NCBI GenBank assembly: GCA_041664285.1
Contig: JBAYLA010000001.1
Location: forward strand, 138,092 to 202,091
Source: Minisyncoccota bacterium
Lineage (GTDB): Bacteria > Patescibacteriota > Minisyncoccia > Phycocordibacterales > UBA9973
Reading direction: 5' to 3'
Length of the DNA: 64,000 bases
Shown here: one piece after another, positions 56,251-64,000 of the stretch
Numbering within the stretch: position 1 is the first letter of the stretch
How the letters are laid out: each line of letters opens with the position of its first letter
Made by a program: the position numbers and the translations under genes
Notes under the pieces: model-generated
Told to the model about the DNA's origin: nothing
Databases searched by the model: none
The model's input: the letters and a program-made list of their open reading frames with translations, nothing else

Positions 56251-57642
56251 ATGATCAAGAAATTAGTCATAGTCTTTGTTTTTATTTTTACCGCGTTACT
56301 TTTTTTCGGTTCTTTTGCGGTTCATAAAATTATAGCGGCTGATTGTTCTGACTCAATTTATGCCAAAGCGAATGAAACTGCTTGCCTTCAGGAACAGAAA
56401 GACTTAGAGGCTCAATTTATTGAATTATCAAAACAAAAAGCCAAATTAGACAAACAAAGTAGTACTTACGCCTTAGAAGTAAAAAAACTGACAACTCAGA
56501 TTAATGCCCTAAATGCTAAAATAAAAGCTCGAGTTTTAGTTATTACTCAATTAAAAATACACATAGGAGAAAAGGTCAATACCATTAACTCACTTTCTAA
56601 GAAGATAGACCGCGAGCACTCATCACTTGCTCAACTTTTAAGAAATACAAATGAATTCGATAATAATAATTTGGTAAATTTAATTTTGTCTAACGAGAGT
56701 ATTTTTGATTTTTATAGTGATTTGGAGTCTTATAATTCTATCAAGCAGGCAATCAAAGATTCTGTTGATGTTATCAATGGAGTAAAAACTGAAACAGAAG
56801 TACAAAAAAAAGATTTAGAAATAAAACAAGATGCCGAAACTGATGCTAAGTATGAATTAGAGAGTGCTCAAAAACAAGCGGCTCAATTAAAAACAGAAAA
56901 TAGTATACTTAAAGCTGGAGTAGATAATCAAGCAGCAACCGTTAAAAAACTTGCAGATGAAAAAAAAGCTAGGGCTAATAAAATTAGAAATGCCCTAATT
57001 CAGTTTCAGGGTAGTGGTATCTCTAATAAAGAGATAAAATTTGGAGAAGCATATGATTATGCTAAAAAGGCATCATTAAAAACTGGAGTTCGAGCAGCTC
57101 TTATTTTAGCTATTATGCAACAAGAAACTAGTTTTGGTAGTAATTTTGGTGGATGTTATGTTACTAACTTGACAACAGGAGATGGTAAGGGAATTAACAC
57201 TGGTGCTTTTTATGAAAAAGTTATGGGACTTGGAAGTTTAGGTTATTTTAAACGCATCACAGAAAGTCTTGGACTTGATTGGAGCAATACACCTGTTTCA
57301 TGTCCAATTGATATTAAGGGTCGTGGTACCGCAACAAAGTATTATGACGGGCGTGGTTATGGAGGTGCTATGGGATATACACAATTTATTCCAAGTACAT
57401 GGGTATTAGTTGAAGCACGAGTTTGTTCCAATCTTTTAGTTGAGACTGCCAATCCATGGAATCCAGAACATGCTGTTATGGCAACTGCAGTACATTTACA
57501 AGATTTAGGTGCAGGAAAGCAAACATATACAGCAGAGCATAATGCTGCTTGTAAATATTATGGATCTTGTTCTAGTTATGCAAGCTCGGTAATGAAAAAA
57601 GCTACGAGCATACAGATGGATATAGATAATCTTGAAGATTAA
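56251..57642 (+). CDS. secreted coiled-coil protein with a C-terminal lytic-transglycosylase (SLT)-like domain
   Basis: Signal/TM MIKKLVIVFVFIFTALLFFGSFA; about 250 aa of coiled coil; SLT-like AIMQQETSFGSN (catalytic Glu) and GAMGYTQFIPSTW. Start at M61 of the track ORF. Confidence 0.55.
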   Translation: MIKKLVIVFVFIFTALLFFGSFAVHKIIAADCSDSIYAKANETACLQEQKDLEAQFIELSKQKAKLDKQSSTYALEVKKLTTQINALNAKIKARVLVITQLKIHIGEKVNTINSLSKKIDREHSSLAQLLRNTNEFDNNNLVNLILSNESIFDFYSDLESYNSIKQAIKDSVDVINGVKTETEVQKKDLEIKQDAETDAKYELESAQKQAAQLKTENSILKAGVDNQAATVKKLADEKKARANKIRNALIQFQGSGISNKEIKFGEAYDYAKKASLKTGVRAALILAIMQQETSFGSNFGGCYVTNLTTGDGKGINTGAFYEKVMGLGSLGYFKRITESLGLDWSNTPVSCPIDIKGRGTATKYYDGRGYGGAMGYTQFIPSTWVLVEARVCSNLLVETANPWNPEHAVMATAVHLQDLGAGKQTYTAEHNAACKYYGSCSSYASSVMKKATSIQMDIDNLED

Positions 57643-57695
57643 TAGAACGATTTTTGCTTGCTTTCAAGTTAAAATTATGATAATGTTTTTGAGCA

Positions 57696-57920
57696 ATGAA
57701 AAAAGATATACATCCAAAATATAATTTAAAGACTAAAGCTATCTGTGCTTGTGGAGCTGTTTTTGAAGTTGGTTCCACGATGCCAGAAATTAAAATGGAA
57801 ATTTGTAGCCAATGTCATCCTTTCTATACTGGTAATGAAAAAATAATGGATACGGCTGGACGAGTAGAAAGATTCAATAAACGTAGAGCTGCAACTCCTA
57901 AAGCTAAGGTAAAAAAATAA
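57696..57920 (+). CDS. rpmE: 50S ribosomal protein bL31
   Basis: MKKDIHPKY...C.C...[10 protein letters not shown] is a typical L31 with zinc-ribbon cysteines. Confidence 0.9.
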   Translation: MKKDIHPKYNLKTKAICACGAVFEVGSTMPEIKMEICSQCHPFYTGNEKIMDTAGRVERFNKRRAATPKAKVKK

Positions 57921-57932
57921 AAGATTTAAAAA

Positions 57933-58018
57933 CCGAAATTTTTATCGGTACAGATTTTTTGAAGCTTAAAAAATCCTGAAGTTCTCGCGCCGTCGCGCTC
58001 GAAACCCCTTAAAAATTT
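57933..58018 (-). repeat. 65-nt structured repeat family, copy 5 (reverse orientation, GCGC-gacg-GCGC variant)
   Basis: Reverse complement AAATTTTTAAGGGGTTTCGAGCGCGACGGCGCGAGAACTTCAGGATTTTTTAAGCTTCAAAAAATCTGTACCGATAAAAATTT. Confidence 0.75.
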
Positions 58019-58051
58019 GTTTTTAATTCTTTTAATTTTTTATTATATTTT

Positions 58052-59032
58052 ATGACTTTCGATCTAGATGAACTAAAGAAAAATCACAACACGAGCTATC
58101 TAGCTAGTGTTTTAGAGAAACTTTCTCGTGAAGAAGCTGAAGTTCGTGAAATGCTTGCTTCGGATGAGACGCTTCACGAGATGGCTGCTAAAGAACTACA
58201 ATTTATTCAAGAAGAGAGGGAACGGATAGAAAAACAAATTCAGGATATTTTAGATAAAGATAAAGAAGCAGAAGAGTTTCCAAACGAAGTAATATTAGAA
58301 GTACGAGCAGGAGCTGGTGGCGACGAGGCTTCTCTTTTTGCCTGGGAGCTGGCGCATATGTATGAAAAGTTTGCAGAGTCACAGGGTTGGGCTTGGAAAG
58401 TAAATTATGAATCAAAGAGTGATCTAAATGGGTACAAAGAAGCTTCTTTTGAAATAAAAGGGAGGAACCCAAATAATAATGTTTATAAAAAAATGCGTTA
58501 TGAACAGGGAGTACATAGAGTGCAAAGAATTCCTGCAACTGAAAAAAATGGCCGAGTGCATACTTCCACTGCTTCAGTGGCGGTATTACCAATTAAAAAG
58601 AAAATAACTTTTCAAATAAATCCAGCTGATTTTGAAATGGAATATTCACGTTCTGGTGGAAAGGGTGGGCAAAATGTAAATAAAGTAGAGACCGCTGTTC
58701 GAATTATCCATATTCCAACAGGACTGGATGTTCGTTCCACCAATGAAAGAAGCCAGCTAGCGAATCGTGAACAAGCGATGATGATTTTAACAGCGAAACT
58801 TCAGCAATTAGAAGAAGAAAAAGAAGCCAAGAAATACTCTGGCCAGAGAAAGGAACAAATAGGGTCTGGGGATCGTTCTGAAAAAATCCGCACTTATAAC
58901 TTTTCTCAAGATCGCGTCACAGATCATCGAATAAAGAAGTCGTGGCACAATTTACCAAAAATTCTAGAAGGAGAGATAGGGGACATAATTCAAGCACTTG
59001 ATTCTGGAGTGGTGGGGAACGAAGAAGAGTAA
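58052..59032 (+). CDS. prfA: peptide chain release factor 1
   Basis: PxT-type decoding region (RIPATE) and GGQ motif SGGKGGQNVNKVETAVRIIHIPTG. Confidence 0.9.
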   Translation: MTFDLDELKKNHNTSYLASVLEKLSREEAEVREMLASDETLHEMAAKELQFIQEERERIEKQIQDILDKDKEAEEFPNEVILEVRAGAGGDEASLFAWELAHMYEKFAESQGWAWKVNYESKSDLNGYKEASFEIKGRNPNNNVYKKMRYEQGVHRVQRIPATEKNGRVHTSTASVAVLPIKKKITFQINPADFEMEYSRSGGKGGQNVNKVETAVRIIHIPTGLDVRSTNERSQLANREQAMMILTAKLQQLEEEKEAKKYSGQRKEQIGSGDRSEKIRTYNFSQDRVTDHRIKKSWHNLPKILEGEIGDIIQALDSGVVGNEEE

Positions 59033-59050
59033 TTATGCTATAATCAATTT

Positions 59051-59380
59051 ATGAAAGAAGGAAAACGAAGTACTTATGAGCTTAAAGAACACGAGTATTC
59101 ATTTGAAGAATTTAATAAACAATTCAATAATTTTCACCTTATTTTTGCAGTAGACAATAAAGAATATATGTCTAGTGTTAAAGGGGTTCTTCTTTCAGGA
59201 GAATATTCTAAAAAATTTGAAGAGATTAAAGAAAAATTTAATAAAAGAATAAAAGATGAAAAGAAAAGGAAAACCCCCAGTGATATTAAACAAGAACATA
59301 TTTCTGATCTGTATGAAATATATAAAGATTTGAGGAAGAAAGGTTTTTCTAATAAACAACTAGGACTTAAATATTGGTAA
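59051..59380 (+). CDS. hypothetical protein (109 aa)
   Basis: Track ORF, lysine-rich. Confidence 0.35.
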   Translation: MKEGKRSTYELKEHEYSFEEFNKQFNNFHLIFAVDNKEYMSSVKGVLLSGEYSKKFEEIKEKFNKRIKDEKKRKTPSDIKQEHISDLYEIYKDLRKKGFSNKQLGLKYW

Positions 59381-59534
59381 ATAATTTTTTGAAATTGCAT
59401 TTCGTTTTAGATATGTTATGCTTGTTTGGTAGTATTCTCATTTAGCGAAATAGAGTTTCTACGCTTGATCTTTTTAAGGTCAGGTTTATAAGTAGTTTTT
59501 TGTCCTTTTTAGGAAAAAAGGAAGAAATAATAGT

Positions 59535-59852
59535 ATGGCTACAAAGCTATATGTAGGGGGACTCCCTTACAGCACTCAAGAGGATGCTCTTAAAGAGCTC
59601 TTCGCACAAGCTGGAAACGTTGTTTCCGCTGTGATTATCATGGACAAAATGTCCGGTCGTTCAAAAGGTTTTGGATTCGTCGAAATGTCATCTCAGGATG
59701 AGGCGGCAAAGGCCATCTCAATGTTTAATGACCAAGAATTCGAAGGACGTAAGCTGACTGTTAACGAGGCTCGTCCAATGGAAGCTCGACCACCACGTTC
59801 AAATGGTGGAGATCGAGGAGGATACAACGGTGGAGGACGCCGAGAATACTAA
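59535..59852 (+). CDS. RRM-domain RNA-binding protein with a glycine/arginine-rich tail
   Basis: RNP2 KLYVGGL and RNP1 KGFGFVEM motifs. Confidence 0.85.
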   Translation: MATKLYVGGLPYSTQEDALKELFAQAGNVVSAVIIMDKMSGRSKGFGFVEMSSQDEAAKAISMFNDQEFEGRKLTVNEARPMEARPPRSNGGDRGGYNGGGRREY

Positions 59853-59867
59853 TTCTAAAATGAACCT

Positions 59868-59899
59868 AAAAACAACCCCGCAATATGCGGGGTTGTTTG
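59868..59899 (+). terminator. Rho-independent terminator
   Basis: CAACCCCGC-aatat-GCGGGGTTG followed by TTTGCG. Confidence 0.7.
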
Positions 59900-59948
59900 C
59901 GTCTATGTGCTTTTTCTGTTATATTTCTTATGTTGTTTTAATAATAAT

Positions 59949-59974
59949 GAGCGTGTAGTTTAGTATAGGACGCT
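59949..59974 (+). pseudogene. tRNA fragment (acceptor 5' strand plus D arm); duplicate of the tRNA-Ile 5' end
   Basis: GAGCGTGTAGTTTAGTATAGGACGCT versus GAGCGTGTAGTTCAGTGGTAGAACGCT of the intact tRNA 55 nt downstream. Confidence 0.55.
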
Positions 59975-60003
59975 ACGGGGATGATGTTTAAGAAATATGT
60001 TTC

Positions 60004-60075
60004 GAGCGTGTAGTTCAGTGGTAGAACGCTGTCCTGATAAGACAGAGGCCGATGGTTCGATCCCATCCACGCTCA
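60004..60075 (+). tRNA. tRNA-Ile (anticodon GAT)
   Basis: GAGCGTG-TA-GTTCAGTGGTAGAAC-G-CTGTC-CTGATAA-GACAG-AGGCC-GATGGTTCGATCCCATC-CACGCTC-A. Confidence 0.85.
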
Positions 60076-60185
60076 CAAAAAATTCTTATTTTTGAATGTT
60101 TGACACATAAATACATATGTGTTATTGTTTGCGAAACAACAGCTATTCGAAAAAAATTTTTTATATATATGAAGGAGGAGTTATA

Positions 60186-60425
60186 ATGGCGGGACCTTAT
60201 TTTAAGGGACAAGAACCAGCGATTTGTGGTTGCTATTATCCTGATGTTGTCCGTATTCAGGATGATATAAAAAAGAACACACGGACTCTTTTTTGCATCA
60301 CTCATGGGATGATGCATCTGTCGTTAAAACATTTTCCAGGGGCAGCTATCAGAAGTAGAGTTGAAGAAATTCCTTCTGATGAATGGAGGGAAAAAGAAAG
60401 AACAAGGCTACAAAATATAAAATAA
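60186..60425 (+). CDS. hypothetical protein (79 aa), GC-rich island
   Basis: GGAGG Shine-Dalgarno 7 nt upstream of the ATG; MAGPYFKGQEPAICGCYYPD... Confidence 0.4.
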   Translation: MAGPYFKGQEPAICGCYYPDVVRIQDDIKKNTRTLFCITHGMMHLSLKHFPGAAIRSRVEEIPSDEWREKERTRLQNIK

Positions 60426-60462
60426 TAATACATTACAAAACGAGAACGAAAGGAGATTGAGT

Positions 60463-61488
60463 ATGAAAAAGGTCTTAATTCTAGGATTTGGAGGTACGAT
60501 CGCAATGATTCCCGACGTAAGCGGAGTTCTCGCTCCAGCAAAGAGTATCGAGGAAATTCTACTTATCGTACCATCACTACGCGAGATGGCTGATGTGGAA
60601 TTGGTGCAAGTTGAGAATAAAGATAGCACTAATATTACGCCTAGCCACTGGACAAAGTTAGCAATCAAGATCGCCGAAATTCATGGCGATTATGATGCGA
60701 TCATTGTCACCCATGGGACAGACACCATGGCATACACAGCGGGAGCAGTTTCACTGGCCCTCGGTCGTGAATTGGAGATTCCCATCGTTTTCACGGGATC
60801 TCAGCTTCCACTTATCTCGTACGGTTCAGATGCGCGCTTCAATCTCGAAAACGCAATGAAGACAGTTCTCGAAGCATGTGAGGTAGGTATCGCTGAAGTG
60901 ATGATTGTTTTCAGTGATTTAGTACTTCGTGCAAGTCGGACTGTTAAAATTAGCGAAGCGAAGTTCGGAGCGTTTGATTCACCAGCGTTTCCGTATCTCT
61001 CACAGATCACGGCAACTGGGGTTTGTTTCATTCCCCAAGCGCTCAAAGCCGGCGAAAAGAAAACGATTCTCGACATCAAGCCACATTTTCAGCGTGGCAT
61101 ATTGTCGGTCGAGATTGTTCCGGGACTCGAACCGGGAATCTTGATGGCCGTTCTGAAGTCCGGAACGTGCCAGGGATTGCTTCTCAAATCGCTCGGTGCG
61201 GGAAACGTTCCATCTGAAGAGGAGTATTCTATACTGCCAGTCATCGAGGCAGCGACTTCCAAGTACAAAGTTCCGGTTCTCGTTTCGACGAAGTTCGTGG
61301 GTGGCAACACACACATGGACATATACGAACCGGGCAAACTCGCCCTCGAAGCCGGAGCTATTCCGACCGGCGACATGACAGACGTCATGGCGCAGATCAA
61401 ATTCATGTGGGCTCTCGCACAAGGGCACCGTGACCGAAAATCGCTTGAGGAAGTAATTAAAAAGAGTTTTGTGGGAGAAATCTCTTAA
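60463..61488 (+). CDS. L-asparaginase / GatD-like amidohydrolase (type I asparaginase family), about 50% GC
   Basis: LGFGGTIAM (catalytic Thr motif), HGTDTM, and a C-terminal domain present. AAAGGAG SD 8 nt before the ATG at 60463. Confidence 0.75.
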   Translation: MKKVLILGFGGTIAMIPDVSGVLAPAKSIEEILLIVPSLREMADVELVQVENKDSTNITPSHWTKLAIKIAEIHGDYDAIIVTHGTDTMAYTAGAVSLALGRELEIPIVFTGSQLPLISYGSDARFNLENAMKTVLEACEVGIAEVMIVFSDLVLRASRTVKISEAKFGAFDSPAFPYLSQITATGVCFIPQALKAGEKKTILDIKPHFQRGILSVEIVPGLEPGILMAVLKSGTCQGLLLKSLGAGNVPSEEEYSILPVIEAATSKYKVPVLVSTKFVGGNTHMDIYEPGKLALEAGAIPTGDMTDVMAQIKFMWALAQGHRDRKSLEEVIKKSFVGEIS

Positions 61489-61696
61489 AAAGCAAGACGT
61501 GCTTGACGTTTTTTAAGCAATAGGAGGAGATCCCAATCAACTATCACAATAGCCAGCACAAACCGAAAGGAGATAAAGTGTCTGGCTATTTAATTTTTTT
61601 ACAGACACAAATATAGATAATGATATAGCACTTAACACTACATTATAATTTCTTGGCTTCGGTCAGGATTTTCTGTTTTTATGATAGAATATATTA

Positions 61697-61951
61697 ATGA
61701 GTGATACTTTAGAAATAGAGATTCAAAATTTAAAAGAACGTAACAAGAGAGTAGAGATCGATAAAGCTTGGGAAGGGAGCTGGACGAGGCGTTTCACTAT
61801 AATGATATTAACTTTTGTCATTGCTAGTATCTGGCTTTTAGTAATAAAAGAGTCACGTGTTTTATTGAAAGCGATGGTTCCAACACTTGGATATCTTCTT
61901 TCGACTTTATCAATTCCTCAAATTAAAAAAATTTGGGCTAAAAATAATTAG
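61697..61951 (+). CDS. hypothetical small membrane protein (84 aa)
   Basis: Track ORF with one TM helix. Confidence 0.3.
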   Translation: MSDTLEIEIQNLKERNKRVEIDKAWEGSWTRRFTIMILTFVIASIWLLVIKESRVLLKAMVPTLGYLLSTLSIPQIKKIWAKNN

Positions 61952-62015
61952 TCCTAAAAGCTACGTCTAATTCTCACATTGATTTTTAAAGGAATATTTG
62001 ATATAAACGAATCAC

Positions 62016-62525
62016 ATGAAAATAAAAATTTTTACATGCGGGGGAACTATAGATAAAGATTATTTAGAAACTAAAGGAATCTACAATTTTTCTTTTGGTA
62101 AACCTGCCATAAATGAAATGTTGCAAAATAAAGTTAATTTAAATTTTGGCTATAGTATAAAGTCTCTTTTTGCAAAAGACAGTCTCAAAATGAAAGGCAA
62201 ACTTTATATGAATGAAACAGATAGACAATTGATCAAAAAGGCATGTCAGGGTACTAAAGAAAATAAAATTTTAATAACACACGGAACAGACACGATGATA
62301 GATACTGCTAAAATTTTAAGTACTATTCCAAATAAAATTATTGTTTTGACGGGTGCTTCACAGCCCTATAAGTTTCATGAGTCTGATGCAGATTTTAATA
62401 TTGGTGTGGCTATCGGTGCTCTCAATATTTTAGATAAAGGAGTTTATATTTCAATGAACGGAAGAGTATATGAATGGGATAAATGTGAAAAGCGTTCTGA
62501 TGGATGGTTCGTGGACAAAAAATAG
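62016..62525 (+). CDS. asparaginase N-terminal-domain-like protein (169 aa, native AT-rich composition)
   Basis: FTCGGTIDK and ITHGTDTM motifs but only the N-terminal domain. Confidence 0.55.
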   Translation: MKIKIFTCGGTIDKDYLETKGIYNFSFGKPAINEMLQNKVNLNFGYSIKSLFAKDSLKMKGKLYMNETDRQLIKKACQGTKENKILITHGTDTMIDTAKILSTIPNKIIVLTGASQPYKFHESDADFNIGVAIGALNILDKGVYISMNGRVYEWDKCEKRSDGWFVDKK

Positions 62526-62654
62526 TTTGCATCTAGAATATCTTTATATTACAATATGGTAAAGCTTTTTGGCTTTTGTTTTTGCTTGTCTCGTATTAAA
62601 TTTTGGTTACGGGGCATAAAAATGAGTATTATCAATTAAGATTTTTATATTAAT

Positions 62655-62957
62655 ATGGATGAAAATAAACAAAATTTTAATACCTTAGATTCATCTCATC
62701 ACAGTAGTCCAGGCTGGCATAGACCGGTAATGTTTTTTTACATCAAAACAACTTCTTGGATAATTTTACCTTTGATCTTAGGTTTGATTTTAGGAAAATA
62801 TATAGGTGAGTCTGCCGGTAGTCAAACATTGTTTTTTGGAATTATCTTTTTGGGGTTTTTAATTACTTGCTATGGAATTTATCGAGAGGTTAAAACATAT
62901 TTGAAAGATTTAGAAAAACAAAAAAATAAAAAAAATGATCAGCTCAACTCAAAATAA
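62655..62957 (+). CDS. AtpZ/AtpI-like small membrane protein preceding atpB
   Basis: Two TM helices; sits directly upstream of the ATP synthase a-subunit gene and overlaps it. Confidence 0.4.
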   Translation: MDENKQNFNTLDSSHHSSPGWHRPVMFFYIKTTSWIILPLILGLILGKYIGESAGSQTLFFGIIFLGFLITCYGIYREVKTYLKDLEKQKNKKNDQLNSK

Positions 62958-63810
62958 TATACCAGTGGAAGTAATTCACGAAACAACAATTTTTGCCGAG
63001 CCAGTTTTTCATGTTGGAAGTTTTCAAATTACAAATTCTCTTTTAAATTCATGGCTAGCAGTTTTGGTAATTCTAATTCTTTTAGTGGCTCTTCGTTTAA
63101 AGTTGAAACAAATTCCAGGCAAAATTCAGCATATTTTTGAAATTCTTTTAGAGGGGGCTCTGTCTTTATGCGACCAAGTAACCAACGATCGTAAATTAAC
63201 ACTCAAAATTTTCCCTTTAGTCACTTCTCTCTTTATTTTTATTTTAATAAATAATTGGCTTGGACTTTTGCCATTTGTCGGGTCAGTTGGTTTTATAGCA
63301 AAAGAAGCTGGGCAATCTTTTTTTATACCAGTCTTCCGTGCAGGGACAGCTGATATTAACACTACTTTAGCTTTGAGTTTGGCGATTGTTGTTGCTTCAA
63401 ATATTTTCGGAATCGTAAGTATTGGTGCTTGGAAAATTTTCAATAAATATGTTAATATAAAGGCACTCGGAGGTATAGTGACAAAATTCCGAAAGGATAA
63501 AAGTGTCATAATAGTTGCCCCGATTACGTTTTTTGTTGGCATTCTAGAGTTAATTGGAGAAATAGCTAAAGTGGCGTCTCTTTCTTTCCGACTTTTCGGC
63601 AATGTGTTTGCCGGAGAAGTATTGTTGGCCTCAATGGGGGCAATTTTTCTTTATATTTTGCCAACCCCCTTTTTGTTCTTGGAAGTGTTTATTGGGCTTA
63701 TCCAAGCATTGATATTTTCTCTACTGGCTACGGTTTATTTTACAATAGCATCTCAAGATCATGAAGAGCACGAAGAAGAGAGTCACGAAAAAGAATTAGT
63801 TAGTATTTAA
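62935..63810 (+). CDS. atpB: F0F1 ATP synthase subunit a
   Basis: SLSFRLFGNVFAGEVLL contains the conserved essential Arg; five TM helices. Confidence 0.88.
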   Translation: MISSTQNNIPVEVIHETTIFAEPVFHVGSFQITNSLLNSWLAVLVILILLVALRLKLKQIPGKIQHIFEILLEGALSLCDQVTNDRKLTLKIFPLVTSLFIFILINNWLGLLPFVGSVGFIAKEAGQSFFIPVFRAGTADINTTLALSLAIVVASNIFGIVSIGAWKIFNKYVNIKALGGIVTKFRKDKSVIIVAPITFFVGILELIGEIAKVASLSFRLFGNVFAGEVLLASMGAIFLYILPTPFLFLEVFIGLIQALIFSLLATVYFTIASQDHEEHEEESHEKELVSI

Positions 63811-64000
63811 GATTGGTATAAAATTATTAATTATTAGTCGAAATTATTAGAAAAATTAATGAGCAAAGCGAATATAATTTTCTAACCCCGTTAAATAATT
63901 TTTGTTAAACAAAAATTAAAATCCAAAGATTTTATTTAACAGGGTAAAGATTTTTATGCTCACAGGATTCGCTAAAAATCATTTATGGAAAAAGAAGTAG

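Noticed and set aside
32598-58018. The 65-nt repeat family as a CRISPR array
   Set aside because: Copies are dispersed over 25 kb, not regularly spaced, imperfectly conserved and individually flanked by inverted repeats. There are no cas genes, so it is not CRISPR.
60015-61428. Minus-strand ORFs 60015..60317, 60302..60541, 60408..60668, 60801..61079, 61000..61428 and 61089..61406, and plus-strand 60929..61144, 61023..61217 and 61196..61378
   Set aside because: They overlap tRNA-Ile or are antisense or out of frame to the well-supported asparaginase gene. They are artefacts of high local GC.
63940-63984. Short ORF MLTGFAKNHLWKKK at the window end as atpE
   Set aside because: It terminates after 14 codons, so it is not the c-subunit. 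The real downstream gene presumably starts beyond the window.

Overview
This is a low-GC (about 33%) bacterial chromosomal window. Its gene content and style (short infB, many tRNAs, compact housekeeping operons, small proteins) fit a Candidate Phyla Radiation / Patescibacteria-like genome. The housekeeping backbone comprises rbfA-infB, an IscS-like cysteine desulfurase, clpB, valS, tsaD, trxB, ftsZ-ftsA-ybeY-rpsU, greA, lysS, mraZ-rsmH-ftsL-ftsI-murF, rmuC, obg, gatB, fba, rplY, rpmE, prfA and the start of an F-type ATPase operon. There are 13 tRNA genes plus one tRNA fragment.

Non-backbone content:
1. An integrated element of about 7 kb lies at the 3' end of tRNA-Glu(TTC). It carries a large serine recombinase, an HUH rolling-circle Rep preceded by GC-rich ori-like hairpins, an adenine methyltransferase and a DUF262(DGQQR)-HNH nuclease fusion. 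Degenerate 55-bp att-like direct repeats also bracket a separate 0.6-kb GC-rich cassette.
2. Three paralogs of a roughly 570-600 aa, very cysteine-rich protein sit nearby, each framed by CxxC...FY...CPxCR zinc ribbons. Two flank a CSC-motif permease and a tRNA-Ser, next to trxB.
3. Two families of palindromic repeat elements are present. One has a 32-nt core inserted in-frame into the cysteine desulfurase and tsaD genes (Rickettsia-RPE-like). The other is a 65-nt structured intergenic element in at least five copies with a covarying internal hairpin.
4. A GC-rich island with a foreign-looking asparaginase lies downstream of tRNA-Ile.
5. At least two genes appear to be transcribed as leaderless mRNAs from consensus promoters.

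CDS coordinates follow the supplied ORF track, with starts adjusted where noted. RNA, repeat and signal coordinates were derived by hand and may be off by 1-2 nt.
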